Part shown: in pieces, positions 47,702 through 57,464 of the stretch
Layout: every line of letters begins with the position of its first letter
How positions within the stretch are numbered: the stretch's first letter is position 1
Source: an uncultured Aquabacterium sp.
GTDB lineage: Bacteria; Pseudomonadota; Gammaproteobacteria; Burkholderiales; Burkholderiaceae_C
NCBI RefSeq assembly: GCF_947366995.1
Contig: NZ_CANBCC010000008.1
Span: 10,189-74,188, forward strand
DNA length: 64,000 nt
Reading direction: 5' to 3'
The notes under the pieces: model-generated
The model's database searches: none
What the model was told of the DNA's origin: nothing
Seen by the model: only the letters and a program-made list of their open reading frames with translations
Made by a program: the position numbers and the translations under genes

Positions 47702-49098
47702 CACATCACCGAGGCGTGAACCTGTTCGGGGTGGGCCAGCACGTCGCCCACGACGCGCAGGCTCTGTTCGCATTGCGCCTGGGTGGTGGGCCCGCCCAGG
47801 CACAGGCGCACCGCACGCGGCGGAGCCGTGTTGGTGGCGAACGCCGTGCTGGCCACCGCGGCCACCCCGCGCGAACGCCAGAAGGACGCCGCTTCGTTCG
47901 GGCTCAGCCGATCCGGCAGACGCAGCCAGGCATGGAAACAATCGGGCTGGCTCCACACATCGTGCCCGCTGAGATGGCGCAACAGCATGGCGTGCCGCAC
48001 GTTGGTCTCGCGTCGGACGGCCTGGACCACGGCCGAGGCGGTGCCATCGTTGACCCACTGCGTTGCGAGGGCCACCGTCGGGGGCGCGGCCATGACGCTG
48101 AGGGCCCGCAATGCGCCGGCGAGGCGTTGCGTGGCCTGCGCCGTGGGCGCATGCACATAGGCCACGCGCAGACCGGCGCCCACGCACTTCGCGAACCCGG
48201 TCACGTGGTATGTCAGCCCGGGCGCCAGTTCGGCGAGCGTGACGGGCTGCCGGGTGGGCAGGGCGCCGTAGGCGTCGTCTTCGATGATGGGGATGCTGTA
48301 GCGCAGAGCGATGTCGGCCAGCGCCTCGCGGCGAGCCGCACTCATTGTCATCGCGGTCGGGTTCAGCATCGTGGGATTGCAGTAAAGCGCCTTGGGTCCG
48401 ACGTGCTTGCAGGCGTCCTCGAAGTGGTCGGGGCAGGGGCCATCCTTGTCCACGGGCAACGCGTACAGCTTCACGCCGAGTTGCGTGGCCAGCGCCTTGA
48501 TGCCGGGATAGCTGACGGATTCGACACACAGCGTGTCACCCGGGCGCGCCAGCATGCTGATCAGGCCCGCGAGCACGCCATGAATGCCCGGGCCGACGAG
48601 GACCCGCTCCGGCTGGGTCGGTCCCATGCTTGAGGCCAGCCAGCGCGCGCCCGCGTCACGGTCGGCCGGGGTGCCACCAAAGTCCTGGTAGCGCAGGTGG
48701 GCCAGCAGCCGCTGTGGCTCCTGGTAGATCTGGCGGCAGCCATCGGTCATGCGTGCCAGCAAGTCCGGGTCGTCTGGCTCGGGTGGCAGGTTCATGGTCA
48801 TCTCGGCCGCCGTGCCGCCGCGCAATGGCACGGCTGGAGCGGCACTGCGGACGAAGCTGCCTCGGCCCGGCCGGGCCTCGATCTGGCCACGCTTCTGCGC
48901 CTCGGCCAGGGCGCGCGCCACCGTCGTGTAGTTCAGGTCCAGGGCATCCGCCAGTGTCCGCATCGGAGGGAGTCGGTCTCCCGGCGCGAGCCGTCCGCTC
49001 GCAACGTCCTCGGCCAGCAGCTCTGGGATCAACAGGTATGCGGGCTTGTGACTGTCGCGCAGGCGGACAAGCCAGTGCTTGTAGAGGGTGTAAGGCAT
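47701..49098 (-). CDS. Second MocR family regulator, coupled to the first by a TGATG overlap
   Basis: GDRLPPMR.LA..L.LNYTTV.RA, LNPT, IIEDDAYG, FAKCVGAGLRVAY. Confidence 0.9.
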   Translation of the reverse strand: MPYTLYKHWLVRLRDSHKPAYLLIPELLAEDVASGRLAPGDRLPPMRTLADALDLNYTTVARALAEAQKRGQIEARPGRGSFVRSAAPAVPLRGGTAAEMTMNLPPEPDDPDLLARMTDGCRQIYQEPQRLLAHLRYQDFGGTPADRDAGARWLASSMGPTQPERVLVGPGIHGVLAGLISMLARPGDTLCVESVSYPGIKALATQLGVKLYALPVDKDGPCPDHFEDACKHVGPKALYCNPTMLNPTAMTMSAARREALADIALRYSIPIIEDDAYGALPTRQPVTLAELAPGLTYHVTGFAKCVGAGLRVAYVHAPTAQATQRLAGALRALSVMAAPPTVALATQWVNDGTASAVVQAVRRETNVRHAMLLRHLSGHDVWSQPDCFHAWLRLPDRLSPNEAASFWRSRGVAAVASTAFATNTAPPRAVRLCLGGPTTQAQCEQSLRVVGDVLAHPEQVHASVM

Positions 49099-49143
49099 GC
49101 CCAATTGATCGCATTCAACGTGCCAGATGATCGGATTAGATTG

Positions 49144-49160
49144 TGCACTCAAGCAGTGCA
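49144..49160. promoter_or_regulatory. NtrC-like binding site
   Basis: TGCAC-TCAAGCA-GTGCA, about 220 bp upstream of the sigma54 promoter. Confidence 0.6.
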
Positions 49161-49376
49161 AGGCAGCCCGAAATCGTGCGGCGAAATGTCGTTTGCACGA
49201 CGAGCCTGTCGGCTTTGGTGCGACCACTTACCCCGATCGGATGGCGCAGTGCAGCCGGAGGCGCTTGCCAGTGCCATTGCTTGATCGCATTGAGACCGAT
49301 CAACGCCCTCATTTGCGGGAGCTGCGCTGGATTCGGCCGATTGATCGCAACTTGATCGCACGCGGCCGCGGCCGCC

Positions 49377-49392
49377 TGGCACATCCGGTGCA
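49377..49392 (+). promoter_or_regulatory. sigma54 promoter of the Nit1C-type operon
   Basis: TGGCACATCCGGTGCA, GG-N10-GC. Confidence 0.72.
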
Positions 49393-49447
49393 CCTGCTTC
49401 AGCAGCGCGCGCCACCCTCTCTCATCCCTTACTTCTGGAGTGATCCC

Positions 49448-49930
49448 ATGCCTGCTGTGACCAAAGCCCCCAATCAGATCGGCGACTTCCTCGTGGACTA
49501 CGAAGAGAAGGTCTTCGAGGACGTGAAAGCCGAACCCGGCGACAAGGCCCTCGTCACCTTCCACACGGTGGCCTTCGAAGGCTCCATCGGCTTCGTCAAC
49601 CTGCTGCAGGCCACGCGTCTGCAGCGCAAGGGCTTCGACACCTCGGTGTTGCTGTACGGGCCGGGCGTCACGCTGGGCGTGAAGCGCGGCTTTCCCAAAC
49701 TGGGTGACGCCGCGTTTCCCGGCCACCTGAACTTCAACGACCAGATCGCCAAGTTCATCGCCGAGGGCGGCAAGGTCTACGCGTGCCGCTTCGCGCTGCA
49801 GGCCCTGTACGGGCACGGCGAGGGCTCGCTCATCGAAGGCATCAAGCCCATCAACCCCCTCGACGTGCTGGACATCATCCTGCTGCACCGCAAGGAGAAG
49901 GCCTTCATCCTCGACACCTGGACGCTGTGA
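49448..49930 (+). CDS. nitB: MSMEG_0572/Sll0783 family DsrE-like protein
   Basis: [43 protein letters not shown]. Confidence 0.88.
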   Translation: MPAVTKAPNQIGDFLVDYEEKVFEDVKAEPGDKALVTFHTVAFEGSIGFVNLLQATRLQRKGFDTSVLLYGPGVTLGVKRGFPKLGDAAFPGHLNFNDQIAKFIAEGGKVYACRFALQALYGHGEGSLIEGIKPINPLDVLDIILLHRKEKAFILDTWTL

Positions 49931-49953
49931 TCGACTCAACCGGGTACGCCACC

Positions 49954-50994
49954 ATGAGCCAGCCACGCATCATCAAAGCCGCCGCCGTGCAGATCTCGCC
50001 CGTGTTGAACGAGGCCGAAGGCACGCTGCACAAGGTGCTCGACAGCATCGATGCCGCCGCCCGACAGGGCGTGCAGATCATCGTGTTCCCCGAGACCTTC
50101 GTGCCGTACTACCCCTACTTCTCGTTCATCCGGCCGCCCATGGCATCCGGGGCCGAGCACATGGCGCTGTATGAGCACGCGGTGGTCGTACCCGGCCCCG
50201 TCACCGAGGCTGTGGCTCAGCGCGCCCGCCAGCACGGCATGGTCGTCGTGCTCGGTGTGAACGAGCGCGACCACGGCACGATCTACAACACCCAGCTGAT
50301 CTTCGACGAGACCGGCACCCTGCGGCTCAAGCGCCGCAAGATCACGCCCACCTTCCACGAGCGCATGGTGTGGGGGCAGGGCGATGGCAGCGGCCTGAAG
50401 GTGGTCGACACGGCCGTGGGCCGGGTCGGGGCACTGGCCTGCTGGGAGCACTACAACCCCCTGGCCCGCTATGCCCTCATGGCGCAGCACGAGGAGATCC
50501 ACTGCGCCCAGTTCCCGGGCTCGCTCGTGGGGCCGATCTTTGCCGACCAGATGGAGGTGACGATCCGCCATCACGCACTCGAGTCTGGCTGCTTCGTCAT
50601 CAACAGCACGGGCTGGCTGACGGACGAGCAGATCCAGTCCATCACGCCCGAGCCCGGCTTGCAGCGTGCGCTGCGCGGGGGCTGCTGCACGGCCATCGTG
50701 TCGCCCGAAGGCGTGCACCTGGCGCCGCCGCTGAAGGAGGGCGAAGGCATGCTGGTGGTGGATCTCGACATGAGCCTCATCACCAAACGCAAGCGGATGA
50801 TGGATTCGGTCGGGCACTACGCGCGGCCGGAGCTGCTGAGCCTGCGGCTGGATGACCGGCCGACCGCGCCCGTGCACCTGCTCGGCGGGGCGGCCCTCGA
50901 GGGGCTGTCCCCTTCCATGGCCACGGGTCTGGGTACCGCGGCCTCGCCGGAAGCCTCGGCATTGGCCCCTGCGCCGCTGACGCGCGTCGCCTGA
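49954..50994 (+). CDS. nitC: Nit6803/Sll0784 family nitrilase
   Basis: [30 protein letters not shown] (E-K-C triad), [16 protein letters not shown]. Confidence 0.93.
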   Translation: MSQPRIIKAAAVQISPVLNEAEGTLHKVLDSIDAAARQGVQIIVFPETFVPYYPYFSFIRPPMASGAEHMALYEHAVVVPGPVTEAVAQRARQHGMVVVLGVNERDHGTIYNTQLIFDETGTLRLKRRKITPTFHERMVWGQGDGSGLKVVDTAVGRVGALACWEHYNPLARYALMAQHEEIHCAQFPGSLVGPIFADQMEVTIRHHALESGCFVINSTGWLTDEQIQSITPEPGLQRALRGGCCTAIVSPEGVHLAPPLKEGEGMLVVDLDMSLITKRKRMMDSVGHYARPELLSLRLDDRPTAPVHLLGGAALEGLSPSMATGLGTAASPEASALAPAPLTRVA

Positions 50995-51030
50995 CCCCCT
51001 CGTCCCCGTCCTTGTCCTCAGGAGACCGGT

Positions 51031-52167
51031 ATGACCCTCTCGACCCTCAGTCCTCGCGCCCGCGACCTCATCACCGAGCTGCAATCCCGCGGCCTGCGCC
51101 TGGCGGACCCGGGCGTCGGTGCCCCGAGCCGCCGCGGCGGGGCAGGCCCGTCCGATCACAAGGCCGTGACCATCGACGGGCACACCGTGATGGTGCCCGT
51201 CCACACGGCGCCGGCCTTTGACTCGCCCTTTCTGGCCGATGCGCCGGATGCAGCCGGCACGAGCACGCTCAAGCACGGCAGCATCCCGATCGCGCAGATC
51301 ACATTTCCGTCGACCCCGCGCTTCTACGAACGCCAGACTGCCGACGGCGTCCCCTACAGCCACATCGCGACCTTGCACGGCCGCGATGTGCTGGCCACCA
51401 CGGTGCTGCAGACCTGCATCCGCTACGAGAGCCGACGCAAGAGCTGCCAGTTCTGCTCCATCGGCCAATCCCTGGCGGCGGGCCGCACGATCGCGCACAA
51501 GACACCGGCCCAGCTGGCCGAGGTGGCGCGCGCTGCGGTCGATCTGGACGGCATTCGCCACATGGTGCTGACGACCGGCACTCCGGCCACGCCCGACCGC
51601 GGCGCCGCCGTGCTGGTGGACAGCGCGCGCGCCCTCAAGGCTGCCGTGCCGGATCTGCCCATCCAGGCGCAGTGCGAGCCACCGGACAGCGACCTCTGGT
51701 TCCAGCGCTTGAAAGATGCGGGCGTCGACACGCTCGGCATGCACCTGGAAGCCGTCACGCCCGCCGTGCGCGAGCGCGTGATGCCGGGCAAGGCCAGTGT
51801 GCCGCTCGCGCGCTACTTCAGCGCCTTCGAGGCGGCGGTGGCCGTGTTCGGGCGGGGCCAGGTGAGCACCTACATCCTGGCCGGCCTCGGCGACAGCCGC
51901 GAAGCCATTCTGGACATCAGCCAGCGGCTGCTCGATATCGGCGTCTATCCCTTCGTGGTGCCCTTCGTGCCCATCACAGGCACACCGCTGGAAAGCCATC
52001 CGGCGCCGACCACGGAGTTCATGCGCTCGGTGCTCGAGCCACTGGGTCAGATGGTGAGCCAGGCCGGGCTGCGCGCCAGTGACATCAAGGCGGGCTGCGG
52101 CAAGTGTGGTGCCTGCTCGTCGTTGTCGGTGTACGAAACCGCCAGCCCGCTGGCCGTTCCGGCTTGA
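51031..52167 (+). CDS. nitD: MSMEG_0568 family radical SAM protein
   Basis: SRRGGAGPSDHKA, LATTVLQTCIRY...CQFC, C-terminal GCGKCGACS. Confidence 0.9.
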   Translation: MTLSTLSPRARDLITELQSRGLRLADPGVGAPSRRGGAGPSDHKAVTIDGHTVMVPVHTAPAFDSPFLADAPDAAGTSTLKHGSIPIAQITFPSTPRFYERQTADGVPYSHIATLHGRDVLATTVLQTCIRYESRRKSCQFCSIGQSLAAGRTIAHKTPAQLAEVARAAVDLDGIRHMVLTTGTPATPDRGAAVLVDSARALKAAVPDLPIQAQCEPPDSDLWFQRLKDAGVDTLGMHLEAVTPAVRERVMPGKASVPLARYFSAFEAAVAVFGRGQVSTYILAGLGDSREAILDISQRLLDIGVYPFVVPFVPITGTPLESHPAPTTEFMRSVLEPLGQMVSQAGLRASDIKAGCGKCGACSSLSVYETASPLAVPA

Positions 52168-52194
52168 TCAAAAAGCGCTTCGAAGGAGCCCGCC

Positions 52195-52782
52195 ATGCAA
52201 GCCCTCACCGTCTGTGAGTTGCCGATCGACTTTGCCCCGGCCGCCTTTCGCATCAAGTGCGTGAGCGAGCCGTGGGAGCGACGCGAGGCCCTGGCGCTGC
52301 GTCGTGCGGTGTTCTGCGTCGAGCAGGGCCTCTTCGTCGGCAACGACCTCGATGCCATCGACGCCGACGCCACCCTGCTGGTGGCCTGCGCCTGCGTGGC
52401 GGGCGAGTGCGACCAGGTGGTGGGCACGGTGCGCATCCACGAGGCCCAGCCCGGTGTGTGGTGGGGCTCGCGCCTGGCGGTGCACCCGTCCTACCGGCAT
52501 CTCGGCCGGCTGGGGGCCACGCTGATACGCCTGGCGGTCAGCATGGCCCATGCGCGGGGCGCGACGGCATTCTGGGCGCACGTGCAGCAGCAGAACGTCG
52601 CGTTGTTCGAGAAGCTGAACTGGCGGCTGCACGGGCCGGTGCAGTTGCATGGCCGGCCTCATGGCCTGATGGAGGCCAGCCTGGCGCACTACCCGCCATG
52701 CCATGAACCGGACTGGGGCTACTTCACGCTGCCGCAGGCCCGTGCACGCACCGCAGCGGCCGTTGGGGGGGACCGTGCATGA
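52195..52782 (+). CDS. nitE: MSMEG_0567/Sll0786 family GNAT acetyltransferase
   Basis: LRRAVFC.EQG.F, VGTVRIHE, W.GSRLAV, AHVQ.QN. Confidence 0.88.
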   Translation: MQALTVCELPIDFAPAAFRIKCVSEPWERREALALRRAVFCVEQGLFVGNDLDAIDADATLLVACACVAGECDQVVGTVRIHEAQPGVWWGSRLAVHPSYRHLGRLGATLIRLAVSMAHARGATAFWAHVQQQNVALFEKLNWRLHGPVQLHGRPHGLMEASLAHYPPCHEPDWGYFTLPQARARTAAAVGGDRA

Positions 52783-53849
52783 GCACCGCTCACCCACACG
52801 CGCCCCAAGGCCTCTCGCTCGACCTCGCGGCCCTGACCGTCCAGCTGCGCGCCAGCCGTGGCTTCGCGCACAAGCAGGACATCGCCGGGGTGGCGCAGGT
52901 GCTCTCGCGCCACCTGCCCGGCGGCTTGGGCGACACCACGCTGGCCCAGCAGGCCGGCATCGGCCTGGGCGACGACTGTGCCGTCATCCCCGATGGGCAC
53001 GGCGATCACCTGCTGCTGGCCATTGAAGGCCTGGTCGAGGACTTCGTCAGCGAGATGCCCTGGTTTGCCGGCTACAGCGCCGTCATGGTCAACCTCAGTG
53101 ACATTGCCGCCATGGGTGGCCGGCCCATCGCGGTGGTCGATGCGCTGTGGAGTGATGGGGTCGGGCAGGCAGAGCCCATCGTGCAAGGCATGGCCGCCGC
53201 CTCGGCCGCCTATGGCGTGCCCATCGTCGGCGGGCACAGCAACGCACGCGCGCCCCGGCCGCAACTCGCGGTGGCGGTGCTGGGCAAGGCCCGGCGTCTG
53301 TTGAGCAGCTTCGCGGCACGGCCGGGTCAGCGGTTGCTGATGGCCGTGGACCTGCGCGGGCAATGGGAGGGCGGCTACCCGTTCTGGAATGCGTCGACGC
53401 GGACTCCGGCCGACTGCCTCCGGGCCGACCTCGCCTTGTTGCCCCAGCTGGCCGAGGACGGGCTGTGCGCCGCCGCGAAGGACATCAGCATGGCGGGCGT
53501 GCTGGGCACGGTCCTCATGATGCTCGAGTGCTCGCAAGTCGGCGCCACGGTGGACCTTGCTGCCTTGCCGCATCCGCCCGGGCATGGGCCTGCCGAAGGG
53601 CTGCCCGCGTTGCTGCGGTGGCTGCAGGCCTTTCCGAGCTTCGGCTATGTGCTGGCCGTGGACGATGCCCATGTGGCGGCGGTGTGCGCGCGCTTCCACG
53701 CCCGCGGGATGGCCTGTGCGCCGATCGGCGCGGTGCAGGGAGGCAGTGCCCTGCAACTGCAAAGCGGCCTGGACAGCGACCTCGCGCTGCTGTGGGACTG
53801 GGCCGCGCACCCCTTCATCGTGCCGCAGTGCGAGCGGGAGGCCCCATGA
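52779..53849 (+). CDS. nitF: Sll0787 family AIR synthase/SelD-like protein
   Basis: GDDCAVIP, AGY..VMVN.SD.AAMGGRP, VGGH.N, KDISMAG. Confidence 0.88.
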   Translation: MSTAHPHAPQGLSLDLAALTVQLRASRGFAHKQDIAGVAQVLSRHLPGGLGDTTLAQQAGIGLGDDCAVIPDGHGDHLLLAIEGLVEDFVSEMPWFAGYSAVMVNLSDIAAMGGRPIAVVDALWSDGVGQAEPIVQGMAAASAAYGVPIVGGHSNARAPRPQLAVAVLGKARRLLSSFAARPGQRLLMAVDLRGQWEGGYPFWNASTRTPADCLRADLALLPQLAEDGLCAAAKDISMAGVLGTVLMMLECSQVGATVDLAALPHPPGHGPAEGLPALLRWLQAFPSFGYVLAVDDAHVAAVCARFHARGMACAPIGAVQGGSALQLQSGLDSDLALLWDWAAHPFIVPQCEREAP

Positions 53850-55036
53850 AGGCCGACCGACTCCGGATCGCCTTGCTCATGCACTCGCTCAACCCGCGGG
53901 GCGGGGTGGTGCACACGCTGGAACTGGCCGATGCGCTGGTGGCCCAGGGCCACGACGTGACCGTGATGGCGGCCGCCGCAGCAGGTCAGACCCTGTTCAG
54001 GTCCACGCGGGCGCGGCTGTCGATCGCGCCGCTTTTGGCCGGCCCGTCCGGGCTCGTGAACACGGTGCGCCATCGCATCGACGCCATGACCGATCACCTG
54101 CGCACGTCGAACGCGTTGGCGGACGTCGATGTCTTCCACTCGCAGGACAGCATCACCGCCAACGCCCTGGCCAACCTGACCGAAGAGGGCAGGGTGGGGG
54201 GCTACGTGCGCACGGTTCACCACCTTGACGCGTTCGACGAGCCGTCACTCACGGCATGGCAGGCCAGGGGCGTGACCACCGCCAGCCTGCTGCTGTGCGT
54301 GAGCGACCTGTGGCAAGGCGTGTTGCGCCGCGACTGGGCGCGTGAGGCCCGGCGCGTGCACAACGGCGTGAACCTGCAGCGCTACACCCCTGTCGTGACG
54401 GACGAGCAGGCCGCCATGGACCGCGAAGCTTTGCGTGCGCTGGGCGTTCAGCCCGCAGGGCCGGTGTGGCTGGCCGTGGGCGGCGTCGAGGCCCGCAAGA
54501 ACACCGTCGCGTTGCTACAGGCCTTTGCGCGTGTGCGCCGGCTGGCTCCACAAGCTCAGTTGGTGATCGCCGGTGGCGCGAGCCTGCTTCAGCATGACGC
54601 GGCCGTGCAGGCCTTCCAGACCCTTCGACACGAGGCCGGCCTGGCGCCGGGGCAGCCCGATGCCGATCGCCTGGTGTGCGCGGGGCCGGTCTCCGATGCC
54701 GTTCTCGCTGCACTGTACCGACGGGCCCGCGCACTCGTGATGCCGTCCCTCAAGGAGGGCTTCGGGCTGGTGGCTCTGGAGGCCATGGCGTGCGGGACGC
54801 CCGCCCTCGTCTCGCGCCGTGCGCCCTTCACAGAGCACTTCCGCGAAGGCGAGGTCTTCTGGGTCGACCCGCTCGATGTGGACGACATCGCCCGCGGCCT
54901 CGTGCAGAGCCTCGATTCGGATCACCACAGCGCACTGGCACACCAGGCCCGCGACGTGTGCCAGCGCTTCAGCTGGGCGGCCTCGGCCATCCGCCACATC
55001 GACCTTTACCAACACCACCTTGCCTGCCATGCCTGA
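53846..55036 (+). CDS. MSMEG_0565 family glycosyltransferase (GT-B, family 4-like)
   Basis: HSLNPRGGVVH.LELA, RTVHH, GG.E.RKN, PS.KEGFGLV.LEAMA. Confidence 0.88.
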   Translation: MKADRLRIALLMHSLNPRGGVVHTLELADALVAQGHDVTVMAAAAAGQTLFRSTRARLSIAPLLAGPSGLVNTVRHRIDAMTDHLRTSNALADVDVFHSQDSITANALANLTEEGRVGGYVRTVHHLDAFDEPSLTAWQARGVTTASLLLCVSDLWQGVLRRDWAREARRVHNGVNLQRYTPVVTDEQAAMDREALRALGVQPAGPVWLAVGGVEARKNTVALLQAFARVRRLAPQAQLVIAGGASLLQHDAAVQAFQTLRHEAGLAPGQPDADRLVCAGPVSDAVLAALYRRARALVMPSLKEGFGLVALEAMACGTPALVSRRAPFTEHFREGEVFWVDPLDVDDIARGLVQSLDSDHHSALAHQARDVCQRFSWAASAIRHIDLYQHHLACHA

Positions 55037-55319
55037 AATGCACTTCACCGTCCGCTGGCCGGACGGCACCGAACAGACCTGCTATTCGCCCTCCCTGGTT
55101 GTGCGCGAGCACCTGACGGCCGGCCAGCGCTACCCGCTGCCGGAGTTCCTGCAGCGCACCCACACCGCCCTGTCGATCGCGTCCGAGCGCGTGCGAGAGA
55201 AGTACGGCTTTGCCTGCTCGCGCGCCATGGACCAGTGGGCCGAAATCGAGAGCCAGGCCGAGCGCCACACCCCGTCACCCCAGGCCGAGGTCATGGTCCT
55301 GCATTTCGACCCCGCCTGA
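55029..55319 (+). CDS. nitG: MSMEG_0570 family small protein
   Basis: MPEMHF.VRWPDG....CYSPSLV, RV.EKYGFACS.A. Confidence 0.88.
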   Translation: MPEMHFTVRWPDGTEQTCYSPSLVVREHLTAGQRYPLPEFLQRTHTALSIASERVREKYGFACSRAMDQWAEIESQAERHTPSPQAEVMVLHFDPA

Positions 55320-55374
55320 CAGCGCCGCCATTCGCTTTTTCACACACACACCCACCCTCCGCGAGGACCCGACC

Positions 55375-56664
55375 ATGCACGCCCACCCTTCATCCGCTCC
55401 CGCCCATCACGCCGTTCTCATCGTCGGAGGCGGCCAGGCAGGGCTGTCGCTCAGCCACTACCTGCAGCAACGCAGCATCGACCACCTCGTGCTGGAGAAG
55501 CACACGCCCATGCACGCGTGGCGCACCCAGCGCTGGGACGCCTTCTGTCTGGTGACGCCCAACTGGCAGTGCAAGCTGCCGGGTCATGACTACGACGGCC
55601 CTGAGCCCCACGGCTTCATGAAGAAGGACCAGATCGTGGCGTATCTCGAGGCCTTCCTGAAGAAGGTGAACCCGCCGATGCTGACCGGCGTGACGGTGCA
55701 GCACGTCAAGGCCCGTCCGGAAGGGGGCTACGCCGTGCAGACCACGGCCGGTCTGTTCACCGCCGATCAGGTGGTGGTGGCGTCCGGCGGATACCACGAG
55801 CCTGTGGTGCCCCGCCTGGCCGAACGCCTGCCTGCCCACATCACCCAGCTGCACTCGGAGCAGTACCGCAACCCGCAGAGCCTGCCTGAAGGGGGCGTGC
55901 TGGTGGTGGGCTCCGGCCAGTCCGGGGCGCAGATTGCCGAAGACCTGCACCTGGCCGGCAAGCAGGTGCACCTGGCGGTCGGCGACGCGCCGCGGTGTGC
56001 GCGCTTCTACCGCGGCCGTGATGTGGTCGACTGGCTGGCCGACATGGGCTACTACGACATGCCGGTGGACCAGCACCCGCTGCGCGAAGGCGTGCGCGAC
56101 AACACCAACCACTATGTGACCGGCCGCGATGGCGGGCGCGACATCGACCTGCGCGCCTTCGCGAAGCAGGGCATGAAGCTGTACGGTCTGCTGGACAGCC
56201 TGCAAGACGGTGTGGTCTCGTTCCAGGACAACCTGAAGGCGGCGCTGGACCAGGCCGACAAGGTCTACAACGGGATCAACGCGGCCATCGACAAGCACAT
56301 TGCCGAACAGGGCATCGACGCACCCGCGGGCGGGGTCTACGAGCCGGTCTGGCAACCCGATGGCAACCACACGCGGCTGGATCTGGCGGCCGAAGGCATC
56401 ACCTCGGTCATCTGGTGCATCGGCTTCAAGCCGGACTTCAGCTGGCTGGATGCACCGGTGTTCAACGGCCGGGGCCAGCCGGTGCACCACCGGGGCGTCA
56501 CCCGGCAGGCGGGTCTGTACTTCCTGGGGCTGCCGTGGCTGTACACCTGGGGATCGGGCCGGTTCTCGGGCGTGGCGCGCGATGCGCTGTACCTGGCCGA
56601 GGCCATCGAGAAGCAGGCGCTGCGCGCACCCGTGGCGGCCCGTGAGCCCGCCCTGCACAGCTGA
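55375..56664 (+). CDS. nitH: MSMEG_0569 family flavin-dependent oxidoreductase
   Basis: GGGQAGLS, WDAFCLVTPNWQC, VGSGQSGAQIAEDL, DNTNHYVTGRDGGRDIDLR, YTWGSGRF. Confidence 0.9.
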   Translation: MHAHPSSAPAHHAVLIVGGGQAGLSLSHYLQQRSIDHLVLEKHTPMHAWRTQRWDAFCLVTPNWQCKLPGHDYDGPEPHGFMKKDQIVAYLEAFLKKVNPPMLTGVTVQHVKARPEGGYAVQTTAGLFTADQVVVASGGYHEPVVPRLAERLPAHITQLHSEQYRNPQSLPEGGVLVVGSGQSGAQIAEDLHLAGKQVHLAVGDAPRCARFYRGRDVVDWLADMGYYDMPVDQHPLREGVRDNTNHYVTGRDGGRDIDLRAFAKQGMKLYGLLDSLQDGVVSFQDNLKAALDQADKVYNGINAAIDKHIAEQGIDAPAGGVYEPVWQPDGNHTRLDLAAEGITSVIWCIGFKPDFSWLDAPVFNGRGQPVHHRGVTRQAGLYFLGLPWLYTWGSGRFSGVARDALYLAEAIEKQALRAPVAAREPALHS

Positions 56665-56739
56665 CAGGCCATCTGATACGGTGTTTTCTTCAGAAAACTG
56701 ATCACACCATCCCAGGCCGCCGTGCGGGAGCATGGCGGC

Positions 56740-57462
56740 ATGACATCGGATCTCACCTCCACCGGCGCTGAGCAGGACGCGCCATCCCGCCTGGCTTCCG
56801 TCGCACGCCGTGGGCTGCTGCGCTGTGCCGTGCCCCTGGCGCAGGGCGGCGATGGCGCCCCGGTTGACGAACTGGTCTGCCGGATCCGCGAGCTGGCCGG
56901 GCAGGACATGGCCTCCGCCCGCATCGCGTGGGCCCAGCGCCTCGCCGTCGAGGCACTGGTTCACAGTCCCAACATCGCGCTGCGCGAACACCTCTTGCCC
57001 GATCTGCTGACCGGGGCCCTGGCCGGCACCTTGTCCTGGCGCCTGGACCTCACCCTGGCCTCCGCGCGGTCGCTGGTTCAGGCACAGCCGCTGGAGCGCG
57101 GCTGGCACCTGAACGGCCTGCTCGACGACGTGCCCAACCTGCAATGGGAGGGCTATGTGGTCGTGTGCCCTGTGCGCTTTGATGCGCAGGTGGGCCAGCC
57201 CCAGCGCTGGGCCTGGGTGGTCCTGCGCAGTGAAGAGGACGGTCTGCGCCACATGATCGACGTGGCCCGCCCCCAAGACGTGGCCACCGCCAGCGGCACC
57301 GTCCGCCTGAACAACGTCTATTTCCGTGAGGACGAGCTGCTGGCCGACGACCCGCACCGCCTCGCCCTGCACCTGCAACTGCTCGATCAGGCCCTGCGTC
57401 CCGCGATGCTGGCGGCGGCGCTGAGCCGGCCTGCGCCTGTCCACAAGAAGTACGAGGTCTGA
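56740..57462 (+). CDS. Truncated acyl-CoA dehydrogenase-like protein
   Basis: Resembles the ACAD N-terminal/middle domains (SPN.ALRE.LLP.L..G, GW.LNG, TASG.V.L.NV); no C-terminal helical domain. Confidence 0.5.
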   Translation: MTSDLTSTGAEQDAPSRLASVARRGLLRCAVPLAQGGDGAPVDELVCRIRELAGQDMASARIAWAQRLAVEALVHSPNIALREHLLPDLLTGALAGTLSWRLDLTLASARSLVQAQPLERGWHLNGLLDDVPNLQWEGYVVVCPVRFDAQVGQPQRWAWVVLRSEEDGLRHMIDVARPQDVATASGTVRLNNVYFREDELLADDPHRLALHLQLLDQALRPAMLAAALSRPAPVHKKYEV

Positions 57463-57464
57463 CC

